A DNA stretch of 64,000 nt from Actinomycetota bacterium. GTDB taxonomy: Bacteria; Actinomycetota; CADDZG01; WHSQ01. The stretch is from positions 4,027 through 68,026 of the forward strand of contig JACCXF010000202.1 of the NCBI GenBank assembly GCA_013697295.1, written 5' to 3'. Numbering within the stretch: position 1 is the stretch's first letter; each line of letters starts with the position of its first letter. Of this stretch, positions 17,259 through 27,215 are shown piece by piece. The notes beneath the pieces are model-generated. The model saw only the letters and a list, made by a program, of their open reading frames with translations, did no database searches and was not told where the DNA came from. The position numbers and the translations under genes are program-made.

Positions 17259-17705
17259 TCAGCCCACGTCCTTGGCCGTCTCGATCAACGTGTAGTAGGC
17301 GGTAAGCACGTCCTCGCCCTGCACGTCCACGAAGCGCGACTCGTAGGTGACGAACCGCATCTCGCCGCCCCGCTTCCCTTGCTTCGTGAAGTCCTTGGAG
17401 ATCCGCATCGTGCCGCGAAGGATCTCACCTGCGAACGGGAGGCGCTGGTACACGAACTCCTGCTCGCCGTGTAACACGCGCTCGTAATCCAGGTTTGCGC
17501 CGAGCTGTGCTTCGCGCTGCTCTCTGGAGATCTGCCAGATCTGGGTCACCGTGAAAGTGGGTGGAGCGACGATATCGGGAAGACCCTGAGCGCGGGCCGC
17601 GTCCACGTCGAAGAAAACGGGGTTGTCCTCGCCGACGGAGAGGGCGAACTCGCGCACCTTGCCGCGCTCGACGGGCAACTCGAACGTCAGGTGCGACTCA
17701 GCCAA
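17259..17705 (-). CDS. hotdog-fold protein (MaoC N-terminal / FAS1-like dehydratase type), likely partner of the downstream dehydratase
   Basis: 148 aa. Gene pair arrangement resembles the known HadA/HadB and ChsH1/ChsH2 heterodimers. It overlaps the upstream SDR stop by 8 nt. Confidence 0.65.
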   Translation of the reverse strand: MAESHLTFELPVERGKVREFALSVGEDNPVFFDVDAARAQGLPDIVAPPTFTVTQIWQISREQREAQLGANLDYERVLHGEQEFVYQRLPFAGEILRGTMRISKDFTKQGKRGGEMRFVTYESRFVDVQGEDVLTAYYTLIETAKDVG

Positions 17706-18636
17706 GTTGCAATCCCTGATCCCCGGCGGCCTTGATCATCATCGGAATCATCCCTTCTGGCTGGATGCCATCCGGCAGTGCCTCTTTCAACTTCGACACG
17801 AACTCCTCCGGCTCCCAACGTGAGTCTTTCGACAGGCTGATACCCATGTCCCAGGGCTTCAGCACGTTGACTACTCCACCGTAGACGAAGAAACACTGAC
17901 CGGTGATGTTCGCCGCTTCGTCGCTTGCAAGCCCAACGATTATCGGCGAGATGTTCGCTGGGTCCATGGCGTCGAACCCACCTTCCGGCACAGGGATATC
18001 GCCGAAGGTCTGTTCCGTGAGCCGGGTGCGCGCGTTGGGAGCCAGGCAGTTCACCGTGACGCCGTAGCGACCCAACTCAAGCGCAGCGATGACCGTGAAG
18101 GCTGCGATCCCGGCCTTCGCGGCTCCATAGTTCGTCTGACCCACGTTCCCGAAGACGCCGGAGGGACTCGACGTGTTGATGACTCGACCAGAGACCGGGT
18201 TTCCCGCCTTCGACTCCTGGCGCCAGTAGGCGGCCGCATGGCGAGTCGGCGCGTAATGCCCCTTCAAGTGGACGTTGATAACCGAGTCCCACTCGTCCTC
18301 CGAGAGGTTGACGAGCATCCTGTCGCGGATGATGCCCGCATTGTTGACCAGGACGTCGAGCCGGCCGAACTCCCCGACCGCTTGCTTGATCAGGTTCTCG
18401 GCCCCCTGGAAATCGGCCACGTTGTCGAAGTTGGCGGTCGCCTGACCACCGAGCTCCTTGATCTCGTCTGCTACCTGCTGTGCGGGGGCCGAGTCCTGCC
18501 CCTCGCCCGCGGCGGAACCTCCGAGATCGTTCACGACGACCCTGGCCCCGGCGCCGGCGAGCGCGATCGAGTGTTCGCGCCCGATCCCCCGGCCGGCTCC
18601 CGTGACGATCGCAACCTTGTTGTCCAACGAACCCAT
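17698..18636 (-). CDS. SDR-family oxidoreductase (3-hydroxyacyl-CoA dehydrogenase / Hsd4A-like)
   Basis: VAIVTGAGRGIGREH cofactor motif and YGAAKAG catalytic motif. Start set at ATG 18636 (SD GGGGAGG); ORF maximum is 18672. Confidence 0.85.
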   Translation of the reverse strand: MGSLDNKVAIVTGAGRGIGREHSIALAGAGARVVVNDLGGSAAGEGQDSAPAQQVADEIKELGGQATANFDNVADFQGAENLIKQAVGEFGRLDVLVNNAGIIRDRMLVNLSEDEWDSVINVHLKGHYAPTRHAAAYWRQESKAGNPVSGRVINTSSPSGVFGNVGQTNYGAAKAGIAAFTVIAALELGRYGVTVNCLAPNARTRLTEQTFGDIPVPEGGFDAMDPANISPIIVGLASDEAANITGQCFFVYGGVVNVLKPWDMGISLSKDSRWEPEEFVSKLKEALPDGIQPEGMIPMMIKAAGDQGLQLG

Positions 18637-18718
18637 CGCGCCTCCCCTGATCCTCGTTCTCGACATCTTCACCCCGGCCCGGCCCCCAATCTAGCCGCGC
18701 GGCACCCGAGCATCCGTT

Positions 18719-18736
18719 CTTGACTGTTCGGTCAAG
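18719..18736. promoter_or_regulatory. 18-bp palindrome CTTGAC-N6-GTCAAG upstream of the SDR/hotdog operon (candidate operator)
   Basis: Perfect 6-bp arms about 85-100 nt upstream of the SDR start. On the minus strand it begins at the stop of a 4-codon mini-ORF. Confidence 0.3.
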
Positions 18737-18759
18737 TTTCTACCACGAGCTCCTCCTGG

Positions 18760-19030
18760 CGATTTCGCGAGAAACGCGCGCCTCCGTTTTCGGGTTGTGG
18801 TTTGATTGCGCTACGCGAGAAAGGAGGTGGTCCACACTTTGAGTGATAGTTGCTACGGACCTCGCGAGGTGACCGGCTGCTAGTGGTCTAAGCCTCAGGT
18901 ATTCGGGTTCTGGCCACCTCAGAGGTACAGGCCACGGGCAGAATCCAAACCGGTTCACCAATGACCGCGCCGTCCCATCTGGTCCAGTGGGCGTCACGTG
19001 ACGAAGTGCGGCGGGGTCGGCTGAAGAACC
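18760..19030. ncRNA. unassigned highly structured non-coding region (candidate ncRNA or leader)
   Basis: No credible ORF. Nested long-range complementarity (18868-18876 with 18950-18959; 18814-18819 with 18861-18866), palindrome CGTCACGTGACG at 18992-19003, and a 16S-tail-like CCACCTCCTTTCT on the minus strand. Strand and class are undetermined. Confidence 0.3.
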
Positions 19031-19031
19031 A

Positions 19032-19053
19032 AGCGATCGTCTCGACGATCGCT
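19032..19053. repeat. dispersed palindromic element, copy C (AGCGATCGTC-TC-GACGATCGCT)
   Basis: Same arms as copies A and B but in inverted orientation. Lies next to the ligA terminator. Confidence 0.8.
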
Positions 19054-19067
19054 GAGAAATAAATGAT

Positions 19068-19094
19068 CCGGCGCAGGCGTCATGCCTGCGCCGG
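19068..19094 (-). terminator. intrinsic terminator of ligA (probably bidirectional)
   Basis: 11-bp perfect GC-rich stem CCGGCGCAGGC / GCCTGCGCCGG with a 5-nt loop, 13 nt after the ligA stop. On the minus strand it is followed by ATCATTTATTTCTC; the plus-strand side is also T-rich. Confidence 0.75.
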
Positions 19095-19106
19095 TTCTTT
19101 ATCGGG

Positions 19107-21137
<2,031 letters not shown>

Positions 21138-21884
21138 TCAGACGCGTTCCGCCAGCAGCATCATGCGCCGGCGGACGAACACGAAGTCCTCCCCCTCGCG
21201 CTCGAACCCCATCCCGGTGCGATCTCCGTGTTGCTCGACGAAGGCCCGCACCGCGTCGATCCGCTCCTGGGGGAACTCATCGCGCCACATCCAGCGTGAG
21301 AAGCGCTGCTGGTCCTCAACGATGCGCTCGTCGATGATCCGCAGTCCAGCAGCGCCCAGCATGATGCGCATCGCGGATGGGGGCCTGGACGCAGCGTGTG
21401 TCGGATCTCGGACCGTCTCGAGGTCGGTCGTCAGAGCAGCTTCTTCGTAGCGCTCCGAGGCGACCTGGTCGACCACCAGGATCCTGCCGGTGGGAGCGGC
21501 GACGCGGCGCATCTCCATGAGGACGGGCACGGGGCGGTGGAGGTGATGGAAGGTCTGTGCACTGGTGACCAGGTCGACGGATCCGGATGCGAAGGGCAAC
21601 GCGTAGCCATCGCCCACTACGAGGTCCAGTCCCTCGTGAACCTCGCCGGCGACGCGCAGCATCTCGTGGGTCAGGTCTACCCCAAGCAGGGACCCGGCGA
21701 GCTCGCGGAAGAGCGACAGGAAGTTCCCCGTCCCGGCCCCCACCTCCATGACGGAGGCGCCGGGGCGCACCTGAGAAAAAGCGACCACGTCCAGAGCGTC
21801 GAAACGCCCGGCCGTCCGGCGCGCGAAGGGTTCGGCGGCGCGACCGAACTCCTCCTGGATCTCAGCACGATGGGCGTCGTTCAC
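21138..21884 (-). CDS. class I SAM-dependent methyltransferase
   Basis: Motif I VMEVGAGTGNF; 248 aa. Confidence 0.8.
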   Translation of the reverse strand: MNDAHRAEIQEEFGRAAEPFARRTAGRFDALDVVAFSQVRPGASVMEVGAGTGNFLSLFRELAGSLLGVDLTHEMLRVAGEVHEGLDLVVGDGYALPFASGSVDLVTSAQTFHHLHRPVPVLMEMRRVAAPTGRILVVDQVASERYEEAALTTDLETVRDPTHAASRPPSAMRIMLGAAGLRIIDERIVEDQQRFSRWMWRDEFPQERIDAVRAFVEQHGDRTGMGFEREGEDFVFVRRRMMLLAERV

Positions 21885-21902
21885 GGCCGGTTCCTACCAG
21901 AA

Positions 21903-22451
21903 CTATTGGAGCCGCAGATGCCACGCGTAGGACGCGTCCCCCCCGGTGGACTCACCGTGCCACTCGACGAACGCATCGAGGTAGAAGTGTCCGGCGCGGT
22001 CCGGCAACCGGAAATGAGCCGCCCATCCGGTGATCCCTTCGCCCGGGGTGCGTTCCGGACGCCAGCGGTAGGCGACGTCGCGGCCGCGGCCGATCGGACT
22101 GCCGTTCCTCCGAATACGCGTCCAGCCATGCAGACTGAGGTCGCTGGGCGCCTGCTCCCAGTCGAACACGATCCTCGCCTTGTCCCCCACACCCGCGGGG
22201 GCGGCGCGAGGCCAGCCGTAGCCAGACGTATCCGCGCAGGTGTGCACGCCCCATTCCCCGTCGGTATAAGACCAGCAGTACGTGCCTAGATTGCCTCGTT
22301 GGGTTGCTTGCGGGCTCACGAGCCGCGCCGGCGGCGGCCGTCTACGTGAGGGGGCTTCGTCCGGCCCTGTTGGGGGGGCACCCCAGCTTGATGGGACGGC
22401 CACGAGCCCGGACAGCACGATGGCAGCGCAGATGATGGTCGTCTTCCGCAT
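21903..22451 (-). CDS. secreted hypothetical protein
   Basis: 182 aa with N-terminal signal-like MRKTTIICAAIVLSGLVAVPSSWG. SD GAAGGAGG upstream. No family recognised. Confidence 0.55.
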   Translation of the reverse strand: MRKTTIICAAIVLSGLVAVPSSWGAPPTGPDEAPSRRRPPPARLVSPQATQRGNLGTYCWSYTDGEWGVHTCADTSGYGWPRAAPAGVGDKARIVFDWEQAPSDLSLHGWTRIRRNGSPIGRGRDVAYRWRPERTPGEGITGWAAHFRLPDRAGHFYLDAFVEWHGESTGGDASYAWHLRLQ

Positions 22452-22504
22452 AGCGCCTCCTTCGGATCCCCATTAGAGCGGAATCCCTTCGGTGCCGCTA
22501 TCCC

Positions 22505-23602
22505 TTAGGCGGCGGCGGTTGCGGACTCGGCGCTCGCGATGATGCCTCCACCCAGGAGCACGTCGGGCTCCTCGTGCGCATACAGGGCCGCCGACTGGCC
22601 GGGGGCCACGGCCTGGACGGGCGCCGCGTAGTGAAGCTCCATGTCGCCGCCACGCGGGTACCGCACCGTGGCCTCATTAATCTCTCCGTGGGCACGGTGT
22701 TGCACGAGAACACTGGCACCCGCGGCCGGGCGGCTCGACACCGCGCTCACCTCCGACAGGACGATCCGGCCCACCGCAAGATCGTCGCGCGACCCGACGG
22801 TGAGGGTGTTGCTCGCGGCATCGATGGAGGTGACGAACACCGGCTCCCCCAGCGAGATGCCGAGGCCTCTGCGCTGACCGACCGTGTAGCGGGCGATCCC
22901 TTGGTGCGTGCCGACGCTCACGCCGGAAGAATCGACGATGTCCCCGGCCGTCGCGGCATCCGGCACGTTCTCGTCGATGTAGCGACCGAGGTCGCCGTCC
23001 CGAACGAAACAGATCTCCTGCGAGTCGGGCTTGGAGGCCGTACGCAGACCGAGCTCGCTTGCGATGCGGCGAGTCTCCGTCTTCTCGAGCTCGCCCACGG
23101 GGAACAGGCAGTGCGCCAGCTGCTCCTGCGACAGCATCCACAGGACGTACGACTGGTCCTTGCGTTCGTCTACGCCACGAAGGAGCTGGAAGCCCGAAGG
23201 CTCCCGTCTCAAGCGGGCGTAGTGTCCGGTCGCCAGAACATCGGCTCCGAGCGATTCAGCCCTTTCGAGCAGGGCGTCGAACTTGATCCACTGGTTACAC
23301 CGGACGCAGGGATTGGGCGTGGTCCCATCGGCGTAAGAGCGATGGAAGTCGTCGATCACGGTGTCCTCGAAGCGCTCGGCGAAGTTGAGCACGTAGAACG
23401 GGATGTCGAGGGCGTCGGCCACTCGGCGAGCATCTGCGGCCGCTCCCACGTTGCAGCAACCGGAGTTGTTGTTCTCCGTCTCACCTCGCCACAGCTTGAG
23501 CATGATCCCGGTGACGTCATAGCCGCGCTCGACCAGCAGCGCTGCTGCGACGGACGAATCGACCCCGCCCGACATCGCGACAACAGCCTTCCTGCGCGTC
23601 AT
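22505..23602 (-). CDS. mnmA: tRNA 2-thiouridine(34) synthase
   Basis: PP-loop VVAMSGGVDSSVAA. Start set at ATG 23602, which overlaps the iscS stop (ATGA). The 57-codon upstream extension in the ORF track is Arg/Gly-rich junk. Confidence 0.9.
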   Translation of the reverse strand: MTRRKAVVAMSGGVDSSVAAALLVERGYDVTGIMLKLWRGETENNNSGCCNVGAAADARRVADALDIPFYVLNFAERFEDTVIDDFHRSYADGTTPNPCVRCNQWIKFDALLERAESLGADVLATGHYARLRREPSGFQLLRGVDERKDQSYVLWMLSQEQLAHCLFPVGELEKTETRRIASELGLRTASKPDSQEICFVRDGDLGRYIDENVPDAATAGDIVDSSGVSVGTHQGIARYTVGQRRGLGISLGEPVFVTSIDAASNTLTVGSRDDLAVGRIVLSEVSAVSSRPAAGASVLVQHRAHGEINEATVRYPRGGDMELHYAAPVQAVAPGQSAALYAHEEPDVLLGGGIIASAESATAAA

Positions 23603-24744
23603 GCAGCCGCCCGAGCCTTGCGAACGAGCTCCGGCAGGATCGAGAGGACGACGTCGACATCGTCCTCGGACGAACCCCGCCCGAGGGTGAAACGCAGGCT
23701 TCCGGACGCGAGCTCGCGAGGAACGCCCAAGGCCAGCAGAACGTGCGAGGGATCGACCGCTCCCGACTGACACGCCGATCCCGACGAGCAGGCGATGCCG
23801 GCCTGATCGAGCAGCAACAGAAGGGTCTCGCCCTCGGTGCCTGGGATCGAGACGTTGAGGTTCCCGGGAACCCGTCGATCGAGATCGCCGTTGAGGCGCG
23901 CGTCGGGGATCGTCGCAGATATCCCGTCTAGCAGTTTCGTTCTCAGTGCCAGTAGGCGCTCGGCGCTCTCGTGAACCTCCTTCGCCGCGACCTCGGCCGC
24001 TATGCCGAATGCAGCGACGCCTGGGACGTTGATCGTTCCCGACCTGAGGCCTCGTTCATGACCCCCGCCGTGGATGACGGCCTCGACTGGAACGGACGAG
24101 CGCACGAAAAGTGCACCAACGCCCTTCGGCCCGCCGACCTTATGGGCGGCGAAAGCCGCTAGGTCCACGCCCCAGGCGTGCACGTCTACTGGGATCTTGC
24201 CGAGAGCCTGGACGGCGTCGGTGTGAACGAGGGTGTTCGGGTTAGCCGCCTTGACCGCGTGGACGATGTCGCTCACCGGCTGGACGGTCCCCACCTCGTT
24301 GTTCACGGCCATCACAGACACCAGCAACGTGGACGGTTGCACCGCGGCCCCCACAGCCGCCGGATCGACCACGCCGCTCTCGGGGACGGGAAGAACCGTC
24401 GTTTCGAACCCCTGGCCACGGAGCCATTCGAACGAATCCAGCACGGCGTGATGCTCGAAAGAAGTGGTGATGACGTGGTTCCCGTTGCCTCGCAGCTTGT
24501 GTGAGGCGCCCTTGATGGCGAGGTTGTCGGCCTCGGTGCCCCCGCCCGTGAAGACGATCTCGGCCGGGCTGGCCCCGATGGCCGCTGCAACACGATCCCG
24601 AGCGTCCTCGACGCCCTGGCGCGCCTTCCGCCCAAAGCCGTGCACTGAAGATGGATTGCCGAAATCCTCCGAAAGCCAAGCCATCATGGCCTCCCGAGCC
24701 TCAGGTATCACGGGCGTGGTAGCCGAATAATCGAGATATCGCAT
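23599..24744 (-). CDS. iscS: cysteine desulfurase (IscS/NifS family)
   Basis: MRYLDYSATTP N-terminus, PLP-lysine region HKVGGPKG, and active-site SSGSACQSG. The TTG at 24786 is the ORF maximum and an alternative start. Confidence 0.9.
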   Translation of the reverse strand: MRYLDYSATTPVIPEAREAMMAWLSEDFGNPSSVHGFGRKARQGVEDARDRVAAAIGASPAEIVFTGGGTEADNLAIKGASHKLRGNGNHVITTSFEHHAVLDSFEWLRGQGFETTVLPVPESGVVDPAAVGAAVQPSTLLVSVMAVNNEVGTVQPVSDIVHAVKAANPNTLVHTDAVQALGKIPVDVHAWGVDLAAFAAHKVGGPKGVGALFVRSSVPVEAVIHGGGHERGLRSGTINVPGVAAFGIAAEVAAKEVHESAERLLALRTKLLDGISATIPDARLNGDLDRRVPGNLNVSIPGTEGETLLLLLDQAGIACSSGSACQSGAVDPSHVLLALGVPRELASGSLRFTLGRGSSEDDVDVVLSILPELVRKARAAA

Positions 24745-24816
24745 CCCCCCAGGATAAGGGGGAAAAGGTGGCTGTCGCTCGTTCAACGAAGGTTAGTCCT
24801 TCGGCTCTTCGCTTTC

Positions 24817-24926
24817 GGGGGGACGTCGTGCCGGAGTGGGCGACTAAAAAGCGGTGTGGAGTCCCCGGAGGTGCGACGTCCCCCCGAACCCGGAGGTGCG
24901 ACATCTCCCCGCACCGGAACCGCAAC
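24817..24926. repeat. structured repeat unit 1 upstream of iscS
   Basis: Hairpin 24817-24885 (outer stem GGGGGACGTCGT / GCGACGTCCCCC, inner stem GGGCGACT / AGTCCCC, A-rich loop) plus an extra copy of the 3' module CCGGAGGTGCGACATCTCCCCGCACCGGAACC. Confidence 0.75.
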
Positions 24927-24949
24927 TCAGCCATCCGGGGTTGGAGGTC

Positions 24950-25030
24950 GGGAGACGTCGTGCCGGAGGGGCGACTAAAAAGGGTCTGGAGTCCCCGGAG
25001 GTGCGGCGTCTCCCGCACCGGAACCGCGAC
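24950..25030. repeat. structured repeat unit 2 upstream of iscS
   Basis: Same architecture 132 bp downstream: GGGAGACGTCGT / GCGGCGTCTCCC with a compensatory G-C to A-T change, the same inner stem, then GCACCGGAACCGCGAC. Ends at the stop codon of the 125-aa gene. Confidence 0.75.
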
Positions 25031-25408
25031 CTAGTTGTTGGGGGTGTCCTTGTCGGGCTCGGAGAAGCGGCGTTCGAGATCCTCGAAGGTCTTGTCGAGC
25101 GCCTCGGGGTCGGGTTTCCGCCCGCTCTCGAAGTCCACCATCCGTTGGGGATAACCGATCACCTGTGCATCGTAGACAGGGATGCCGAGGCGCTCGCAGA
25201 ACGCCGCTCCATCCTGCGGCTCGCGCACCGGAGCCCGTGCGGAATCGCCCACGCGATCCACGAGCAACAGGGTCGTCGGTTGCGTAGCGGTGCGCGGCTC
25301 GATGTAGCCCTCGACGCCCTTGCGGTCGCGGGCAAAAGACTCGAGCGCCTCGAGCTGAGGGTTGCGCTTCTGACTGAAGAAGTTGCGGAGCCAGTCTCCG
25401 AAGGACAC
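25031..25408 (-). CDS. conserved hypothetical protein
   Basis: 125-aa ORF 3 nt downstream of etfA with a clean coding frame. No family recognised. Confidence 0.6.
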   Translation of the reverse strand: MSFGDWLRNFFSQKRNPQLEALESFARDRKGVEGYIEPRTATQPTTLLLVDRVGDSARAPVREPQDGAAFCERLGIPVYDAQVIGYPQRMVDFESGRKPDPEALDKTFEDLERRFSEPDKDTPNN

Positions 25409-25410
25409 CT

Positions 25411-26367
25411 CTACCCCTTGCGGGTCTTTATCTCCTCGATCAGCTGCGGCAAGATCTTCAAAGCATCACCCACGATCCCGAGATCGGCGATCTGGAAGAT
25501 CGGGGCGTCCTCGTCCTTGTTGACGGCGATGATCGTCTTGGCGCCCTTCATACCCACGATGTGTTGGGTCGCCCCGCTGATCCCGAAGGCGATGTAGACG
25601 CCCGGCTTCACAGTGGTGCCCGTCTGTCCGATCTGATAGGCGTAGGGCACCCATCCGGCGTCGACCACCGCGCGGGTCGCACCCACGGCCGCGTTGCCGA
25701 TGGCTCCGGCGAGCTGGTCGAGCAATTCGAAGTTGGACGCATCCTGGAGTCCGCGACCGCCGGAAATGACGATCGGCGCCTCCTCGAGCTTGGGGCCACT
25801 GGCCTGCTCCTCGTGGCGCTCGACGCGCTTCGCCTTCTTCAGATCATCCGGGATGTCGACCTCAACGGGCATGACGTTGGCCTCGCCCCCGGAAGCCTCC
25901 GGTTCGAACGATTTCGGCCTGACGAGAGCGATCTTGGGCGTGCCCTCGAGGGCAACGTCCACGACCGTGGCCCCGCCAAAGATGGTGGTGCGCGCCTTGT
26001 CGGTGCCGAGGATGTCGAAACAGTTGCTCATCAGGGTCGATCCGGTTCGCGCCGACAAGCGCCCCGCTATATCGCGGGAGTCGTAGTTGGTCGCGAACAG
26101 GATCAGTTCGGGGGCGTGCTCCTTGACGAGCTCGTGCAGAGCATGAGCCGCCGGTTGTGCGACGTAGTCCGCGTAGACCTCGTCGTCGCTCGCGTAGACG
26201 GTCGTCGCGCCGTACTGCCCAAGCTCCTTGGCGGCATCCGTCGAGCCCGGACCGAGAGCAACCGCCTCGACCTCGCCGCCGAGCTCCCGAGCCTTCGTTA
26301 GGATCTCGAGCGCGGCGGTATCGACCTTGCCGTTGTTCACCTCTGCGAACACCCAGATCTTCGCCAC
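25411..26367 (-). CDS. etfA: electron transfer flavoprotein alpha subunit
   Basis: 318 aa with C-terminal FAD-binding region (AVGATRAVVDAGW..QIGQTGTTVKP..YIAFGISGATQH). Confidence 0.9.
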   Translation of the reverse strand: MAKIWVFAEVNNGKVDTAALEILTKARELGGEVEAVALGPGSTDAAKELGQYGATTVYASDDEVYADYVAQPAAHALHELVKEHAPELILFATNYDSRDIAGRLSARTGSTLMSNCFDILGTDKARTTIFGGATVVDVALEGTPKIALVRPKSFEPEASGGEANVMPVEVDIPDDLKKAKRVERHEEQASGPKLEEAPIVISGGRGLQDASNFELLDQLAGAIGNAAVGATRAVVDAGWVPYAYQIGQTGTTVKPGVYIAFGISGATQHIVGMKGAKTIIAVNKDEDAPIFQIADLGIVGDALKILPQLIEEIKTRKG

Positions 26368-27132
26368 CTAGATCACCTTCGCTTCTTTGAGGTAGTCCGC
26401 GATCTTCGCGGCCCCCGAGCCATCGTCCTCGATCACCTCTCCGGCCTTGCGCTCCTCAGCCTGTGAGATGTCAACGATGTTCTGCGCGACCTTTACGTCA
26501 TCCGCTGAGAGACCGAGGTCCGCGACCGAGAGCTCCTCGACCGGCTTCTTCTTCGCCGCCATGATGCCCTTGAACGACGCGTAGCGAGGCTCGTTCACGC
26601 CGGCCGTGACCGTGATCAGCGCGGGCAGAGAGCACTCCACGACCTGGTAGCCGTCCACCGTCTGGCGGTGCACTTTCAGTGCGTCTCCGGTTGCCTCGAT
26701 GGCGTTCGTAAAGGTCAGTTGGGGCACACCCAGGAGCTCGGCGAGGGTCGAGGGCATCGTGCCGGTGTAGCCGTCGGTGGACTCGACCCCTGCGATGACA
26801 AGATCGAAATCGGTGCGCTTGATCGCGGCCGCCAGGACTCGGGCGGTGATCAGGGCGTCCGCCCCCTGTAGGGAGTCGTCGCTCACCAGCACTCCCTTGT
26901 CCGCCCCCATCGACAGACCTCTGCGGATCCCCTCCAACGCCTGCGGTGGACCCATCGAAACGAGCGTGACCTCGCCCTCGTGGGCCTGTTTGAGCTGAAG
27001 GGCCGTTTCTACGCCGAACTCGTCGCCGGGGTCGAGGGTCCCTTGGACGCCCTCACGCTTGAGCCGCTGGCCGTCCAGCTCGCCCGGGAGATTGGGATCG
27101 GGGATGTGTTTCACGCATACCGCGATGTTCAA
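26368..27132 (-). CDS. etfB: electron transfer flavoprotein beta subunit
   Basis: 254 aa, MNIAVCVKHIPD N-terminus typical of EtfB. Its stop abuts the etfA start. Confidence 0.9.
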   Translation of the reverse strand: MNIAVCVKHIPDPNLPGELDGQRLKREGVQGTLDPGDEFGVETALQLKQAHEGEVTLVSMGPPQALEGIRRGLSMGADKGVLVSDDSLQGADALITARVLAAAIKRTDFDLVIAGVESTDGYTGTMPSTLAELLGVPQLTFTNAIEATGDALKVHRQTVDGYQVVECSLPALITVTAGVNEPRYASFKGIMAAKKKPVEELSVADLGLSADDVKVAQNIVDISQAEERKAGEVIEDDGSGAAKIADYLKEAKVI

Positions 27133-27215
27133 GCCGAGCCTCCTAGTCGTCGCCGCCTGGGCCGTTCAATCCGCTTTGCTAGCTATTGCAAGCACTCTAC
27201 CCGACCCCCGCTCCG

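Noticed and set aside
18818-18833. rRNA fragment: GGACCACCTCCTTTCT nearly equals the 16S 3' end.
   Set aside because: Similarity stops at these 16 nt, and the upstream sequence bears no resemblance to 16S helix 45. I interpret it as an anti-SD/SD-type motif rather than an rRNA gene or pseudogene.
18880-19030. Cobalamin riboswitch on the minus strand, based on CCCCGCCGCACT.. and GCCCACTGG..GGGACGGC resembling CCCGCnACTGT and GCCACTG..GGGAAGGC. I also considered weak TPP-like CTGAGG..ACCC..ACCTGA and T-box-like GGTGGTCC.
   Set aside because: There is no convincing B12 box (AGCCAGGAGACCTGCC) and no GGGAA/GGTG..AA..CC core. The predicted local pairings differ from the consensus, and the downstream genes (SDR, hotdog) are not typical targets. 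Only cmscan can settle it, so I kept the region as unassigned.
24817-25030. Possible CRISPR array, given the repeated ~30-nt modules CCGGAGGTGCG(A/G)C(G/A)TC(C/T)CCC.
   Set aside because: There are only three copies with irregular spacing, the units are parts of larger hairpins rather than repeat-spacer units, and no cas genes are present in the window.
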